Shown here: piece by piece, positions 13,182-26,351 of the stretch | Numbering within the stretch: the first letter of the stretch is position 1 | Layout: each line of letters begins with the position of its first letter | Source: Eledone cirrhosa | Taxonomy: Eukaryota | DNA length: 64,000 bases | Reading direction: 5' to 3' | NCBI GenBank assembly: GCA_964016885.1 | Contig: OZ024753.1 | Span: 8,680,001-8,744,000 of the forward strand | Made by a program: the position numbers and the translations under genes | The notes under the pieces: model-generated | Told to the model about the DNA's origin: nothing | Database searches by the model: none | What the model saw: the letters and a program-made list of their open reading frames with translations, nothing else

Positions 13182-13430
13182 ATAAAAATATAAATATTAA
13201 TAAAATAGATGTTCTTTTGATCAATTACATTTTATTATACATATTTCGGATGTACAACATCCGAAATATGTATAATAAAATGTAATTGATCAAAAGAACA
13301 TCTATTTTATTAATATTTATATTTTAATATTAATAACTCCGGAAAATTATTTTACCGTAGAGTGCTTCCAATCTGCTATAAAACTCATTCTTTGACATAA
13401 TTATTGAATATCGTTTAACACTTTAAGATA
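13182..13430 (+). mobile_element. Palindromic pLTR-type element, family A, with inversion point inside hammerhead stem II
   Basis: Perfect arms of about 70 bp around ttcggatgtacaacatccgaa, plus tail; near-identical to 42343-42750. Confidence 0.85.
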
Positions 13431-13675
13431 TATATATATATATATATACATAAAATATAATATAAGTATTGGCAACATGACCCTCCCAAAGTATAACAAT
13501 ATCGGTTTCAACACACGATTTCAGATAAAGAATCTTGCTAAACAAATTCAGAAACGAAATAATATAAGTAGTTATATACATACATATATATAATTATACA
13601 TACATGAGGGACCTCTGAAATGTTCTCAAATTGACCCATATCTCCAAACCTTTCACAACTCCCAGCTTCGTATTA

Positions 13676-13807
<132 letters not shown>

Positions 13808-14104
13808 CATATTAACATATCGTTATAATCTTTAAGAAAGTATATCTTTCAAAATCTTATATTCTTTTTTTCTCATGGGGCAATACATAGATTTCAAATC
13901 AACAAAACATATCAAGAAACATTTAACTATGATAAATACAAATAGTTTATCATTATCATCATCATCATCCTCAACAGTTTACATAGTTTTTCCATTATGG
14001 TAAGGCCAAATAGGTTGTCACATTCTGATATTTGATAGGTCACATGTCCACATCATATATTATAATGCAGAATGGTTTCTCTGATTGCATACCATTTCTA
14101 ATGC

Positions 14105-14390
14105 CAACCACTTTACAGCAAGTACTGAGTCCATTTTATCATGGCACCAGCACCACCATTTTACAAAGTAGACTGAGTCCATTTTATCATGGCACTAGTA
14201 CTGCCACTTTACAAGGTGGACTGGGTACATTTTATCATGGCACCAGCACTACCATTTTGCAAGGTGGGCTGGGTAATTTTATCATGGCACCAGCACTACC
14301 ATTTTACAAGGTGGACTGGGTACATTTTATCATGGCACTAGTACTACCATTTTACAAGGTGGACTGAGGCATTTTATCATGGCACCTGTA
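14105..14390. repeat. 48-bp minisatellite, about 6 copies, in a degraded RTE/SINE tail
   Basis: Unit ccattttacaaggtggactgggtacattttatcatggcaccagcacta. Confidence 0.85.
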
Positions 14391-15938
14391 CATAATAATA
14401 TTTCCATTCATACATAAAATAATGTGTTATAAAGGTTGTTACAAATATAGAGCTGTGATATGCATACACATGTATATATACATGGTGATATGCATACATG
14501 TGTGTACATGTCATCATATGCTTATGCATGTATCAACATGTGGTGATATGCATACACATGTATGTACATGTGGTGATATGCTTACACATGTACATGAAAA
14601 TGAGGGCCTGAGAAAGTCATACTATAGTTTGAGACATATTAAACATTTGTATATATAATTTGACACAAAATAAATAATTAACTATTCTGTGGCAGTATTT
14701 CTAATGAAATATGCTTTATTTTAATTAATTAATGAAGAATTTTGAGGGATTTATTAAACTTATTTATTCCATTACTAAGATATCAATTTAATATATAGTT
14801 CTTTTATAAAATTATGTTGGAAGATAATTTAAATAAGGACCCTTTAAAATAGCTGTTTGTGTTTCATAGCACCAGAACTGGCTTTGGCCAGTTTTTTGGT
14901 ATCAAAAGAATTTACATAAATACATATATAAATAAAAACAAATAAGAATATACACCTCTCCCCATGCCACACACGCGGGGGGGCAAAATGCCACCCGAGT
15001 TTGATGAAGACACTAACGAAATTTACCACTTTCCCCTTCCATATACTGAAAATGCTTAGTCCTAAAAGTGCCCCTAACCAACTTAGGCATCAGAGTGAGT
15101 AGGAAAGGGCCCATATACTCCATATAGCTAAAGTACAACTGTTCCTAGACCATTAAATTGGTCCTTATTAGCCACTTACCACTTGCCTCTTCCACATAGA
15201 CAAAACCCATCACTTCCTCAATCTGCTCATTATATTTTTCTTCTTCGTTCTGAGTTCATTTAAATAATTCATCATTTCCTCAGTAGCTTTATGAAGGGCT
15301 ATGAACTTCATAGAGTTTCAGAAAAAATGGGTTCCTCCTTGCATGTCTTACTTGCTTTCTAATTTGCTTCAGTTTCTTTTATTTTGTTGTTTATGTGTGT
15401 GTTAGAGAGAGAGAGAAAAGGGGTATTCTTTTTTCCCCCCGTTGTCCTTGATTGTTTGAAACTAATGACCATTCTTCATCTCTTTCACATCATCCTGTGA
15501 CAATGGGGTGGTATTACTGGTCATGGCTTAGGGCTAGTAACCCTAGTTATGAGGTGGCAATGGGGTGGTATTACTGGTCAATGTTAAGGGCTTGTGACCC
15601 CTCATCATGAGTTCCTATAAGACAGTATGAGGCAATTTCTTTTACTGTTCTCAAAGCTGCAGCTAGTGATACTCTAGCAACAGCAATGTCTCAAATCTAT
15701 TGTTGTTGTTTTCGTCTCTGCTGGTGTCCTCTTTCTTTCTTTCTGTGCCTTTCCAGCTCATGTGGGCTTTCTGCCCAACACCATCAGTCTTATCTTTCTT
15801 TCTCCTCTCACAGTGTGGTACAGCTCTAGTATTGTTATACAGCCATGATCTATATAACAATATAGAACCTCTCACCCAATTGCATGTCATTCCATATCAC
15901 TTTGCTGCTCACCATGTCCTTATATTTTGCTACAATGG

Positions 15939-16033
15939 TCAATGAGACCCCAAAAAAATCAACGGTGAGACCCCCAAAAAATCAACGGTGAGACCCCAAA
16001 AAAAATCAACGGGGAGACCCCCAAAAAATCAAT
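15939..16033. repeat. About 24-bp tandem repeat, 4 copies
   Basis: caacggtgagacccccaaaaaaat units. Confidence 0.85.
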
Positions 16034-16129
16034 GTCACGAACAATGAATGTTCTTTGCTGTCTCCCTTATGTTACCTCATCTCATGAACTGCAACACCAA
16101 CTTATCAGCAAGTATGTGTAATGCATTTT

Positions 16130-16457
16130 AAGTTCAAATCTCACTGAGGTTAACTTTGCCTTTCATCCTTACAGGGTCGATAAAATGAAGTACCAGTAAT
16201 GCACTGGGATAATTACTGGCTTTGTGCCAAAAGTAGAAACAATTATAATTATTTATATCAGAAGGACAGTGGATTGGCAGTATCAGTGCAGGGTCGGATG
16301 CCATGCTTTGCAGCACAGAGTTACGGCCCTTTACATTCTGGGTTCAAATCCCTCCAAGTTTAACTTTGCCTTTCATCCTTACTGGGTCGTTAAAATAAAA
16401 CACAAGTAATACACTGGGGGTAATTGCTGGCCTTGTGCCAAAAAGAAACAATTATTA
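16130..16457 (+). mobile_element. Two tandem Nin-type SINEs
   Basis: B box plus ttgcctttcatccttac core, twice. Confidence 0.85.
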
Positions 16458-17478
16458 GTTCAACTGGCTTTTCTAGCTTTGTTCTCAGTTTTGAAAACTA
16501 TACAAACACCCAAATATACATTACATTTTTCAATGGAACATATGTCTGGACATATGCTTTATCTAGGACCTACTCTAATTGTTTCTTCATGTAGCAGAGG
16601 TATGTCACCCTCTTTCCCTTGTCTATTGTTGGATAAATTCCTCAGATAAGGTGGCATGCTCCATTGTGACATACCCCTACCATATTTTCCTGTTTTAACT
16701 GCTTTTGGTTTATGTACAAAAATTCCTTTTTTTTTTTTTTTTTGCTTACAATGTGTTGTCAGTAGAACCTTTGTTCATATTGCACAAGTTTGCATTATTG
16801 TTGTTGTCATTGCTTTTATTTATACATGTATATTTGCATTTTTGGGTGTTAATTGTGAATGCATGTTTTTACAAATATATCTGCTTCGTTTTTATTCCTT
16901 ATTTATCTTTATTTATTAAACTCTTCTTGATATATTAAAAAAAAATTATTCCATATTTTTTATGAGTGGGTGTTATTTAGTTTATTATCAATACCTCTTA
17001 TATAATTTAATAATAAAACACATAAGACAAGTGATGTATTTAGGGTATATAGAACCCTAGAATTTAAATATGGCAATGTATTTCTTTAGGTGGCGAATTA
17101 GCAGAGTCGTTAGCATGTGTGATTAAATACCTTGGTATTTGCTTTGAGTTCAAATCCTACCATGGTCAACTTTGCTTTTCATCTGTTTCATGTTGATGGA
17201 TATAATAGTATTCCAGTTCTGGGATAGGATCTTCAACTATTTTTATTTATCACTTTCTCTAACTTTCTCTCTTTCTCTCTTTCTCTCGCTTTTTCTGGAA
17301 GAAATTAGCTGTTTTCAGACCTGGAAAGCGATGGGCTTTGTCAGATTTAAAATTCCCATGATAAAATGCCCCTACTACATAGTATATACTATAAATGTGG
17401 TTGGTGCTAGAAAGGGCATCCAATCTTAGAAACCATGCTGAAATAAAACGAATGAGCAAAGCATGGTCATCTGACTTG

Positions 17479-17835
17479 TTAACCCTCTAGCATTTACATT
17501 ACTCTATATATACTACTGTATTTTCACAGTAAAGGCTTTATCTTACATAATATCTCACATAACATTTACGTTACTCTATATATACTATTGTATTTTCACA
17601 GTAAAGGCTTTATCTTACATAATATCTCACATAACATTTACATTACTCTATATATACTATTGTATTTTCACAGTAAAGGCTTTGTCTTACATAATTATCT
17701 CACATAATATCGAATCTATGAAATTTTGATATTATTTATTTTGAGAACAATACCTTAACAGTTATGGCCAGTTTGAACAGAAAGAGGTGAGAGAATTCTG
17801 GCTGGATATGGCCGGTTTAAATGCTAAAGGGTTAA
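17479..17835. mobile_element. piggyBac-type MITE with an internal 72-bp triplication
   Basis: TTAA-CCCTCTAGCATTT...AAATGCTAAAGGG-TTAA; catttac recurs at 17491, 17563 and 17635. Confidence 0.85.
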
Positions 17836-18697
17836 ATCATGGAATGTAGCAATACTTCCAACTCTTGCCAGCATAGAAAAAGAACATATTTATATACTTT
17901 TTTTAATATATTAGTAGTTTCTTTTCCTAATCTATTAGTAGTGTCAAACAAGAATGGACAATAGGGTGTTAAACAATGATAATAAGGATAATGATGATTG
18001 ATGTAACAAACTTTTAAAATTTTTATTTACAATAAATACGGGTATGCTGTGTTAATTAAGGTTGTGACTGCATCTCAGGTATATTATTGAAGTCTAGAAA
18101 TTAAGCTGTGAAAATTATTATGGTGCAGGCACTAGAGAGGTTGTCATGTCTTTGAAACAAATAAATTATCCTCTCTTCCCTTTGTTTAGTAAGTTTTCTA
18201 TAGTTGGATGCCCTTCTTGCTGCCAACCCTTTTACAGAGTGTACTGGGTATGATTTATCCTGACATTACTAGAGTTATACCCTTGAAGAATCCTCTGAGG
18301 CCCTTTTTTGTTATGGTTTTCAGAGTGTTATGGGTTTGTTTAATGATGGCACCAGCACTAGGGAGGTTGTCTGTCATTGATTCAACTAAATAGTGCTCTC
18401 TAGTCTATGGAGGATAGGATGTATATATGATTTCCATAAAAGACAATGAATGTAACATCAATCTAACTAACTGCAATGGGCTGAAACTATTTTGTTTTAT
18501 CCCTTTACATTGTCAGTTGAAATAAATCTACCAGTGTTTATTTTGCTTTTTATTCTCATAGGAATCAATTAAATAAGTACCAGTCAAATTCTGGGTCAAT
18601 TTGTATACACTCCTTTAATATGTTTGGCCTTGTGACAGCATAAGAACTCACTATACATACATATATAGATATATATTCATTTATACACACACACATA

Positions 18698-18755
<58 letters not shown>

Positions 18756-19689
18756 CGTGTGTGTGAATATGAACAGACAGCAAGTAATATGTGAGTCCCT
18801 AGACAATCTCTGATGTGACATGATTTATAGTTTATAAATGAATTAAAATAAACTCCTATCCATGTGAAGCAATAAATCACAAATGTTTCATTACTTGTTA
18901 GTATAAATTTATTAATAATATAAAGAGGAAAGAGAGGTAGAAAAGAGGGGGAGACTACTCAGTCTCTACTTACAGACAAATAATACATTGTAGTAATATG
19001 AACACTTTTATATTTTAAAAAAAACCCAGCTCCAATTCTCCTCCTACGACATTGACTAACTCGCTAATTTGATTTCATTAATTTGAATAGTCATCAAAAG
19101 CATCAAATATCTAAATATTTCTCCGATGTTGTTATTGTTATTGTTATTGTTTAGCCACAGGTCAGTTCTGATCAAGCAGGCTTATGATCAAAGGCAGTCA
19201 AGCCAAAACAATTTCGTCTTTTCTTCAGGCATAGTGTATCAATGGTTATATTATCAAAGTGAATTTTCGTTTTTTTTTTTTTAAGATGGTACGGTGTAAT
19301 ATGAGATAGATTTGGCTGTTATTTCTACTAGGTTAAGCAACCACATAAAATGGCTTCCTCATTGACTTGGAAATATATTTTACAGAATGGACCTTCATCG
19401 GTTTCAACGATGAGTGTTCCAGTTGTTTGATCAAACAGCCGGCATATGAAATTAATGTGTAAATGGATGACATCGGTGGCATGGAGGGAAGAGATGGGTG
19501 TATATAGCCAACTGCTGGCCTTCTACAAACAAACTTACTTGGATTTGTGCCATGAAGGAGAACTTTCTAGGTGCTACTCCCATGATCATCCATGAACAAA
19601 AGGGGATTTCCGACAGCTGTCGAAACGGCCGGAGCTCAACCGTCGGGGTCCTAACTCTTTTCCTATTATACACATACATATATATTAAA

Positions 19690-19920
19690 GTCTGTCTTAC
19701 GCCAGATGGCTCATTTGGCCGGTGGTTATCCCGGTTTCAGGACACCAGCCCATCACAGAGTTAAACCCCCAGATATTGCTGGTATTCATTTTCAGCTGAG
19801 TATACTGGAGCACTATGAAATAAAGTGTTTTGCTCAAGAACACAACATGCAACCCAGGAATCGAACCCACGACATGATCGTAAGTCCAACACCCTTACCA
19901 CTAGGCCACATGCCTCCACA
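19690..19920 (-). mobile_element. tRNA/Meta SINE
   Basis: gaaataaagtgttttgctcaagaacacaac...ggaatcgaacc...ccactaggccacatgcctcc; related copies at 22417-22910 on +. Confidence 0.8.
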
Positions 19921-19946
19921 TATATATACATACATATATATATATA

Positions 19947-20139
19947 TAGGAACAAGTAAGACCCCAACGGCTGAGCTCAAGCCGTTTTGACGGCTAATTC
20001 TGGAGTCCAGAATTAGCCGTCGAAACGGCTTGAGCTCAGCCGTCGGGGTCTTACTTGTTCCTATTACCCACTCTACTACCCTAAGTATTGAGTACTTTGG
20101 TGCGTTATGGACCACCTGGTTCCTTACCACATTTGCTTC

Positions 20140-20143
<4 letters not shown>
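19947..20143 (+). mobile_element. Palindromic element, GUC-hammerhead family, with tail
   Basis: About 57-bp near-perfect arms centred on ctggagtccag; contains GAAACGGCT-tgagctc-AGCCGTC; flanked by (TA)n; second copy at 29880-30092. Confidence 0.85.
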
Positions 20144-20189
<46 letters not shown>

Positions 20190-20265
20190 AAAGTTCTATT
20201 TAAAATTGTTGGGATACAACAAGTAAATATTTTTATAACTGATATAAAGCACTCGACAAGTATTG

Positions 20266-20330
20266 TATTTTGTCTGATGAAGGCATACCATAATTTAATT
20301 TGGTATCCCTGAAATATGTATAATGAAATA
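20266..20330 (+). ncRNA. Minimal type-I hammerhead ribozyme, family C element 20186-20372
   Basis: tattttgt-CTGATGA-aggcatacca/tggtatccct-GAAA-tatgta-TA-atgaaata; stem I 8 bp, stem II 9 of 10 bp. Confidence 0.8.
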
Positions 20331-20369
20331 GATATGGTTTTATAAATATAGTTTCCATTTATTAATATC

Positions 20370-20406
<37 letters not shown>

Positions 20407-20517
20407 GGGGCCGGCCGTTGAAGAAACAACAGACCCCTATATCATGAAAAGAAAATCTTTTTTGGGGAAATTATTGGCTTTTTCCAAATTTAAAGGTTTG
20501 TTAGTAACTTTCAATGT

Positions 20518-20580
20518 TTTATGTCTGAAGAGCACAGGCTATCATAACTGATAGTCCTTAGTGAAATATGTATAACAGAG
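20518..20580 (+). ncRNA. Minimal type-I hammerhead ribozyme, CUGAAGA variant, family D element 20404-20630
   Basis: ttatgt-CTGAAGA-gc..aggctatca-taac-tgatagtcct..gt-GAAA-tatgta-TA-acagag. Confidence 0.65.
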
Positions 20581-21384
20581 TTTTAAATAAACCTAAATCA
20601 ACTGAATTATGGCCTCCGATCTTTTATTAATATATATACACATATATATATAGATAAATACATATATATTAAATACATATATATTAAATGTATTCAGCTG
20701 CTGTAGACAGGCATGATAGTAAAATGGATAATCATTTTGTCCCTACTTAGCTAATATGGAAAGGTTTCAAAGTGGTCAGATTAAATATCAGACATTCAAT
20801 ATGACTTTCAAGTACTTGAGAAATTTCATCAGAATCTATGATATGAAATAATTAATTATGTATGAGCTTGTGTCTATAATTTTGCTGTAAAATAATATAT
20901 GGTTGTAATAATTCCCTAGAGTGATATATGAACATGAAGAAGTTTGAATACAGCTAATTCAACTGTGTTGATTCTCATGCAATTCCAATACAGCCAATAT
21001 TATATATATATATATAAGATGTCCAGACAAATTGCATAAGATCTGTTGCATAAGATCTGTTTACTTATTTGGTATCTTTTCTCTAGAAATAAAGATTTCA
21101 CAATACCTACATGCTAATAAAGAATTGGTAGACTCGCTAGAACATCTTGGATAGAATGCTTTGTGGTATTTATTCCAGCTCTCTGCACGTCGAGTTCAAA
21201 TTCCACTAAGGTTAATTTTACCTTTCATCCTTTTGAGGTTGATAAAAAAAATACTAACTCAGTACCGGCATCGATTCTTCCTCCATGACACTTTCTCACT
21301 CCCTCTCTATCTCACTCTTTCTCTCTCTCTCTCTCTCTCTGGAAGATGTGTTCAAACTTTAAAAGAAGATGAGCTCTACCAACT

Positions 21385-21602
21385 TTAACCCTTTAATGTT
21401 CAAACCGGCCAGAATTCTCTACCTCTTTCTGTTGAAACTGGCTGTAACTGGCCACTCATACTGATGTTAAGGTATTGTTCTCAAAATAAATACTTTCAAA
21501 ATCTCATAGATTCGATATTATGTGAGATAATTATGTGAGGTAAAGCATTTACCATGAAAATATAATAGTATATATAGAGTAATGTGAATGCTAAAGGGTT
21601 AA
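21385..21602. mobile_element. piggyBac-type MITE
   Basis: TTAA-CCCTTTA...TAAAGGG-TTAA. Confidence 0.85.
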
Positions 21603-22416
21603 AGTGCCCAACACATGCTGTAGTACTACTTTGACTCCATGAACTGTTACAGGCCCATACATACATATAAACATGCATACATGCTAATAATTAAGATCAT
21701 ACGCCATATTTTTCTTTTCTTTTATTTATGTTCCTCAATTTACTTCACGCAGGGGCTCATCCAAAGCTGGTTCCAGTAGCATGTCATTTTTTTTTCTTTG
21801 GGAAAAGGTTGCTAATTCCTCACGCAACTCTTCTCTTCCTAGCAAAAGGTATCATGTGGCTGGTCTTTTAAACCTCTTTTTATGGCACAATGTCACGAAT
21901 TCTGAGAGAAAGAGATAGAGAATAGGTAGAAAGAAAGACAGACAGACAGATAGAGAGAAAGAGAGAGAAAATTCAATTCCCAAAACTGTGGTATATTTCG
22001 TTTCTGAATTTGTTTAGCAAGATTCTTTATCTGAAATCGTGTGTTGAAACCGATATTGTTATACTTTGGGAGGGTCATGTTGCCAATAAGAAACACACGC
22101 ACCAGTTGCTTTCACTTCAATTTATTATATATTTATAAATTTATAAATTTACAAATCTACAAATCTATAAATTTCTGGTTGGTTGGTTGGTTCCACAACC
22201 AGATAGTTGTTTATATATAGTCATAGTCCTTTCGTTACACACTCTGTGACCTCTTCTTGTGGTATATTGTTTTACCCCAAAAGAATGGATAAACTGTAAA
22301 AATAACCATGGCAGGATTTGATCTCAGAGCACAAAGAGTTGGTGCAGAAGTGATATGATTCTTTATCTAATGTTTTAATGATTACCTTATTTTGTAATCC
22401 TCTTAATACATCATTT

Positions 22417-22910
22417 GGAGGCACATGGCCTAGTGGTAAGGGTGATGGACTAACTATTATAATGTCATGGGTTCAATCGCTGGAATGGGTTGTGTGTTGT
22501 GTTCTGTGGAGACACGTGGCCAAGTGGTAAGGGTGTTTAACTTACAATCATAATGTCATGGGTTTGATTCCTGGATTGAGTTTTGTGTTGTGTTCTTGAG
22601 CAAAACATTTCATTTCATGTTGTTCCAGTATACTCAGCTGAAAATGAGTACCAGCAATAGCTGGGGTTTTAAGCCTGCAATGGACTGGTGTTTCTGTCCA
22701 AAGGAAGTCTTGTACTCTCAGTTGGTTAATGCCATGGAAACTGGAATAAACACCAGCCTGGTGAGTCTTTGGGCTTGAGATAGACTTTAAGTCTGCGATG
22801 GACTAGCTTTCTATCCAGAGGAGTGTCTTGTACTTTCAGTCACTTAATGCCATGGAAACTGGAATAAACACCAGCCTGGTGAGTCTCAGGGCTCAAGACA
22901 GACTTTAGAT
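22417..22910 (+). mobile_element. Meta-type SINE with duplicated head and duplicated tail
   Basis: Two tRNA heads (22417 and 22508) and a repeated gatggact...taatgccatggaaactggaataaacaccagcctggtgagtc segment. Confidence 0.75.
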
Positions 22911-23249
22911 TTGATACACCATGCAGCAGATCGATTGTGTTTACAATTCTATATTTAGACTCCATCTTAAAAATAAGTTATCATTTTTTTTCTTATTATT
23001 TAAATGTCAAAATAGTAGATTGATGTTCAGCAGAGATAATTTTACAAAATATCATAACATTTCAACTAAACATAATTATATATTTCAACATTTCTTGCTT
23101 ATATTTGAATGAATATTGAAGTACTGTGATATAAATCAGAATTACTATTATTTTACTTTCTCAAATAATCCTGATTCAAATTCAAAATTGTTCTTTTCTA
23201 AAAAAAATATTTCCATGAATTTATTAAATATCTGAGTGTCTTGTGAGAC

Positions 23250-23620
23250 AAGAATTCTTAATCTAGGTTATGCACATTCCTCCACATTTCTCCTCTCCAT
23301 GCTCCTAGTTCTTTTTTGTCATATGACATGTGCGCAATAGCTAGAGAGGAGGGTCGAGAGCAGCGAGCCTGAACAAGAGGCAGCATTTGCAGCATTATGG
23401 ATTGCTTCCAGTCAGGAAAACATATGAGGGGGCAATCCTGAACAACATGCAGCACTTTCTGGACTGGGTCAACACGGTCCATGCTCTTTAATTTCCATCA
23501 ATGGAGATGATGGGCTGTCCTTGTGCAGCTAAAATGAAACCCTCACTCTCTGCCTTTAGCCCTGAACTCCACAACCACTGATGGCTGAGAGTTTATCTAC
23601 ATCAGGATCTTTGCTATGGA
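23250..23620 (-). pseudogene. Decayed C-terminal fragment of an R4/Dong-like (RLE-type) non-LTR retrotransposon
   Basis: Manual minus-strand translation gives HQWLWSSGLKAESEGFILAAQGQ followed by a HVVQDCP zinc-knuckle remnant, with frameshifts. Confidence 0.55.
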
Positions 23621-23639
23621 GAATACTATTATTATTATT

Positions 23640-23955
23640 CGGTCACCATGCTTTGACATATAGAGTTACAGCCCTTGCCATTCTGAGTTCAAATCCCGCC
23701 GAGGTTAACTTTGTCTTTCATCCTTACGGGGTCGATAAAATAAAGTACCAGTAATGCACTGGTGAAATTGCTGGCCTTGTGCCAAAAGTAGAAACAATTA
23801 TTATCATCAATATTATTATTATTATTCCTGCCGAGGTTGACTTTGCCTTTCATCCTTACGGGGTCGATAAAATAAAGTACCAGTAATGCACTGGGTAATT
23901 GCTGGCCTTGTGCCAAAAGTAGAAACAATTATTATTATTATTATTATTATTATAG
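23640..23955 (+). mobile_element. Two tandem Nin-type SINEs
   Basis: Nin-like core twice with (TTA)n tails. Confidence 0.85.
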
Positions 23956-24689
23956 AGACCAGATGTAGCTTACAATATAAATTGACACGGTTACTATCAT
24001 TTGGATTTGACAACCTACTGTAGAGATACAATTGTGAATTTGTGTGAAGAATGAAGCTTAGATTTTCTGGCATGTGATCTTAATATACCAATAATTGACT
24101 GAAAGCAGTTGAAGATTGTTCTTTTTAGATAAAACACATGTCACCTACATAATCCTCCCACCCCCACACACACACACACACACGCACATATATATGTATG
24201 TGTGTAATATGTACATACATTAATAAGTGAGTGAGTGATGTGTAGGTGTATGGCAGCAGAGCAGGGCTGTCTAAGCAACAGAATAGACTAAACATGAAAT
24301 AAATCAGCTGTATTTGGTGATTATGTGGAATGGATATAATTAGGACAGCTGATAAGGTTAAGGAATTGTGTTATTAAGTTGACAGTTATATGATGAATGG
24401 GTTAAAAGTCAGAAAGCAAAAAGACACAAGTTTGGTGATTGCTATTGTCATATGAGCTGAGCTTAACATAAAATAACTAAAGATACAGACAGATTAGAAT
24501 GTAATTCTGTAAACATTTAAGCAATGATAATATTGGAAATATTCTGATTGGTGGTGGTTGTGTTGTTGCATGTTAAATAGGCTCAGGAACTTAACTGTTT
24601 AAAGATGTGATGCAAATATGTGGCTGACAAATATGAAAACCTTTTATTGAATGAAACGTTTTGAATATTAACAAAATATATGGAGTAAA

Positions 24690-24903
24690 TTAACCCTTTA
24701 GCATTTATATTATTCTAAATATACTATTATATTTTTATGGTAATAATTATTTCACATAATATCAAAGCTATGAGATTTTGATATAATTTATTTTGAAAAC
24801 AATACCTTAACATCAGTGTGAGCAGCTGGTTACAGCTGGTTTGAACAGAAAAAGGTGAAAAATAAATGGCCGGATATGGTCGGTTTAAATGCTAAAGGGT
24901 TAA
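24690..24903. mobile_element. piggyBac-type MITE
   Basis: TTAA-CCCTTTAGCATTTA...TAAATGCTAAAGGG-TTAA. Confidence 0.9.
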
Positions 24904-25012
24904 GAATAACAAAGTGAAACCCTAAAATTAGATAAAACCAAAATGTGAATCCTTACAGATAAACACAGACACGTGTAGCACCTATAAATAACACTAGTTG
25001 TGGTTGTTATAA

Positions 25013-25098
25013 ATTGGGTCGTCAAGTATGAAATTTGTAAAACTTTGTTGTTTTTTTTTTCTACAAATTTCTACAAATTTCATACTTGACGACCCAAT
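25013..25098. mobile_element. Short inverted repeat, mariner-like MITE
   Basis: attgggtcgtcaagtatgaaatttgta and tacaaatttcatacttgacgacccaat, 27-bp perfect arms. Confidence 0.65.
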
Positions 25099-25229
25099 AT
25101 TTTATATAGAATACTAACATCGCACTAAAACAACCAGACATGATACAAGCATTGATAACACAGATATACTTGGTTATGTAGTAAATAAAATGACTTTATT
25201 AATAATATATACATATATATATATATATA

Positions 25230-25472
25230 TGTAGGAGGTGAGTTTTATTGTAGTACAATAAAGCAATGCAGATATCGGATAAGAAGCACTCTACAGTTTG
25301 TAGGACTGGAGTATACATAATATATAAGAACAAAAGATGGTTAAAAGAGTTCCATGTATTTTATTATGCGCATTTCTGATGAAAACACAAATATTATTGC
25401 ATGATGATATTTGTTTTTGAAATGCGCATAATAAAATACATGGAACTCTTTTAACCATCTTTTGTTCTTATA
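25230..25472. mobile_element. Palindromic pLTR-type element, family B, with hammerhead core at 25376-25438
   Basis: Inverted tail and arm, then CTGATGA-stem II-GAAA-tgcgca-TA-ataaaata; shared segments near-identical to 48107-48655. Confidence 0.85.
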
Positions 25473-25499
25473 TATATATATATATATAATGTCATTGAT

Positions 25500-25800
25500 A
25501 TAAATAATTGTTTCTACTTTTTGGCACAAGGCCAGCAATTATCCAGTACATTACTGGTACTTTATTTTATCGACCCCGTAAGGATGAAAGGCAAAGTTAA
25601 CCTCGGCAGGATTTGAACTCAGACTGTAAAGGGACGTAACTATGCTAGAAAGCATGGTGTCCAACCCTCTACCGATACTGCCAATTCACCACCCTATTCA
25701 CCCGTCATTGATATAAATAATGAAGAGAAGTGATTCCAGTACTTATATGTGTATATATATATATATGTGTGTGTGTGTGAGTGTGATGGTATATAAATAC

Positions 25801-25832
<32 letters not shown>

Positions 25833-26332
25833 AAGTATGTATGGATGTATATTGTAAGTTTCTACAATAATCAAACTCAATAGGTTACGGCGCTCACAAT
25901 CTGAGGTCAAAGATATAGAATAATAAGAATAATAATTGTTTCTACTATTGGCAGTCGATAAAATAAAGTACCAGTAATTGCACTGGGGTCGATTTAATCG
26001 ACTTTCCACTTCCCTTCAAATTGAAAGGAAAGGTAACCTTGATGGGATTTGAACTCAGAATGCAAAGGGGTGTAACTCTATGCTGCAAATAATGATGTCC
26101 AACCCTCTACTGTTACTGCCAATCCACAGCCTTTAATAATACAAATAATTGTTTCTACATTTGGCACAAGGCCAGCAAATACCCAGTGTCAGTGTATTAC
26201 TGGTACTTTATTTTATCGACCCCTGTATGGATGAAAGACAAAGTTAACCTCGGCAGGATTTGAACTCAGAATGGCAAGGGCCGTAACTCTATACGTCAAA
26301 GCATGGCGTCCGATTCTCTACTGATACTGCCA
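25500..26332 (-). mobile_element. Three Nin-type SINEs (25500-25692, 25930-26130, 26140-26332)
   Basis: Reverse complement of the head and Nin-like core. Confidence 0.85.
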
Positions 26333-26351
26333 ATAATAATAATAATAATAA

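Noticed and set aside
20790-20840. Minus-strand CTGATGA...GAAA-gtcata-TT hammerhead-like spacing
   Set aside because: Stems I and II do not pair convincingly.
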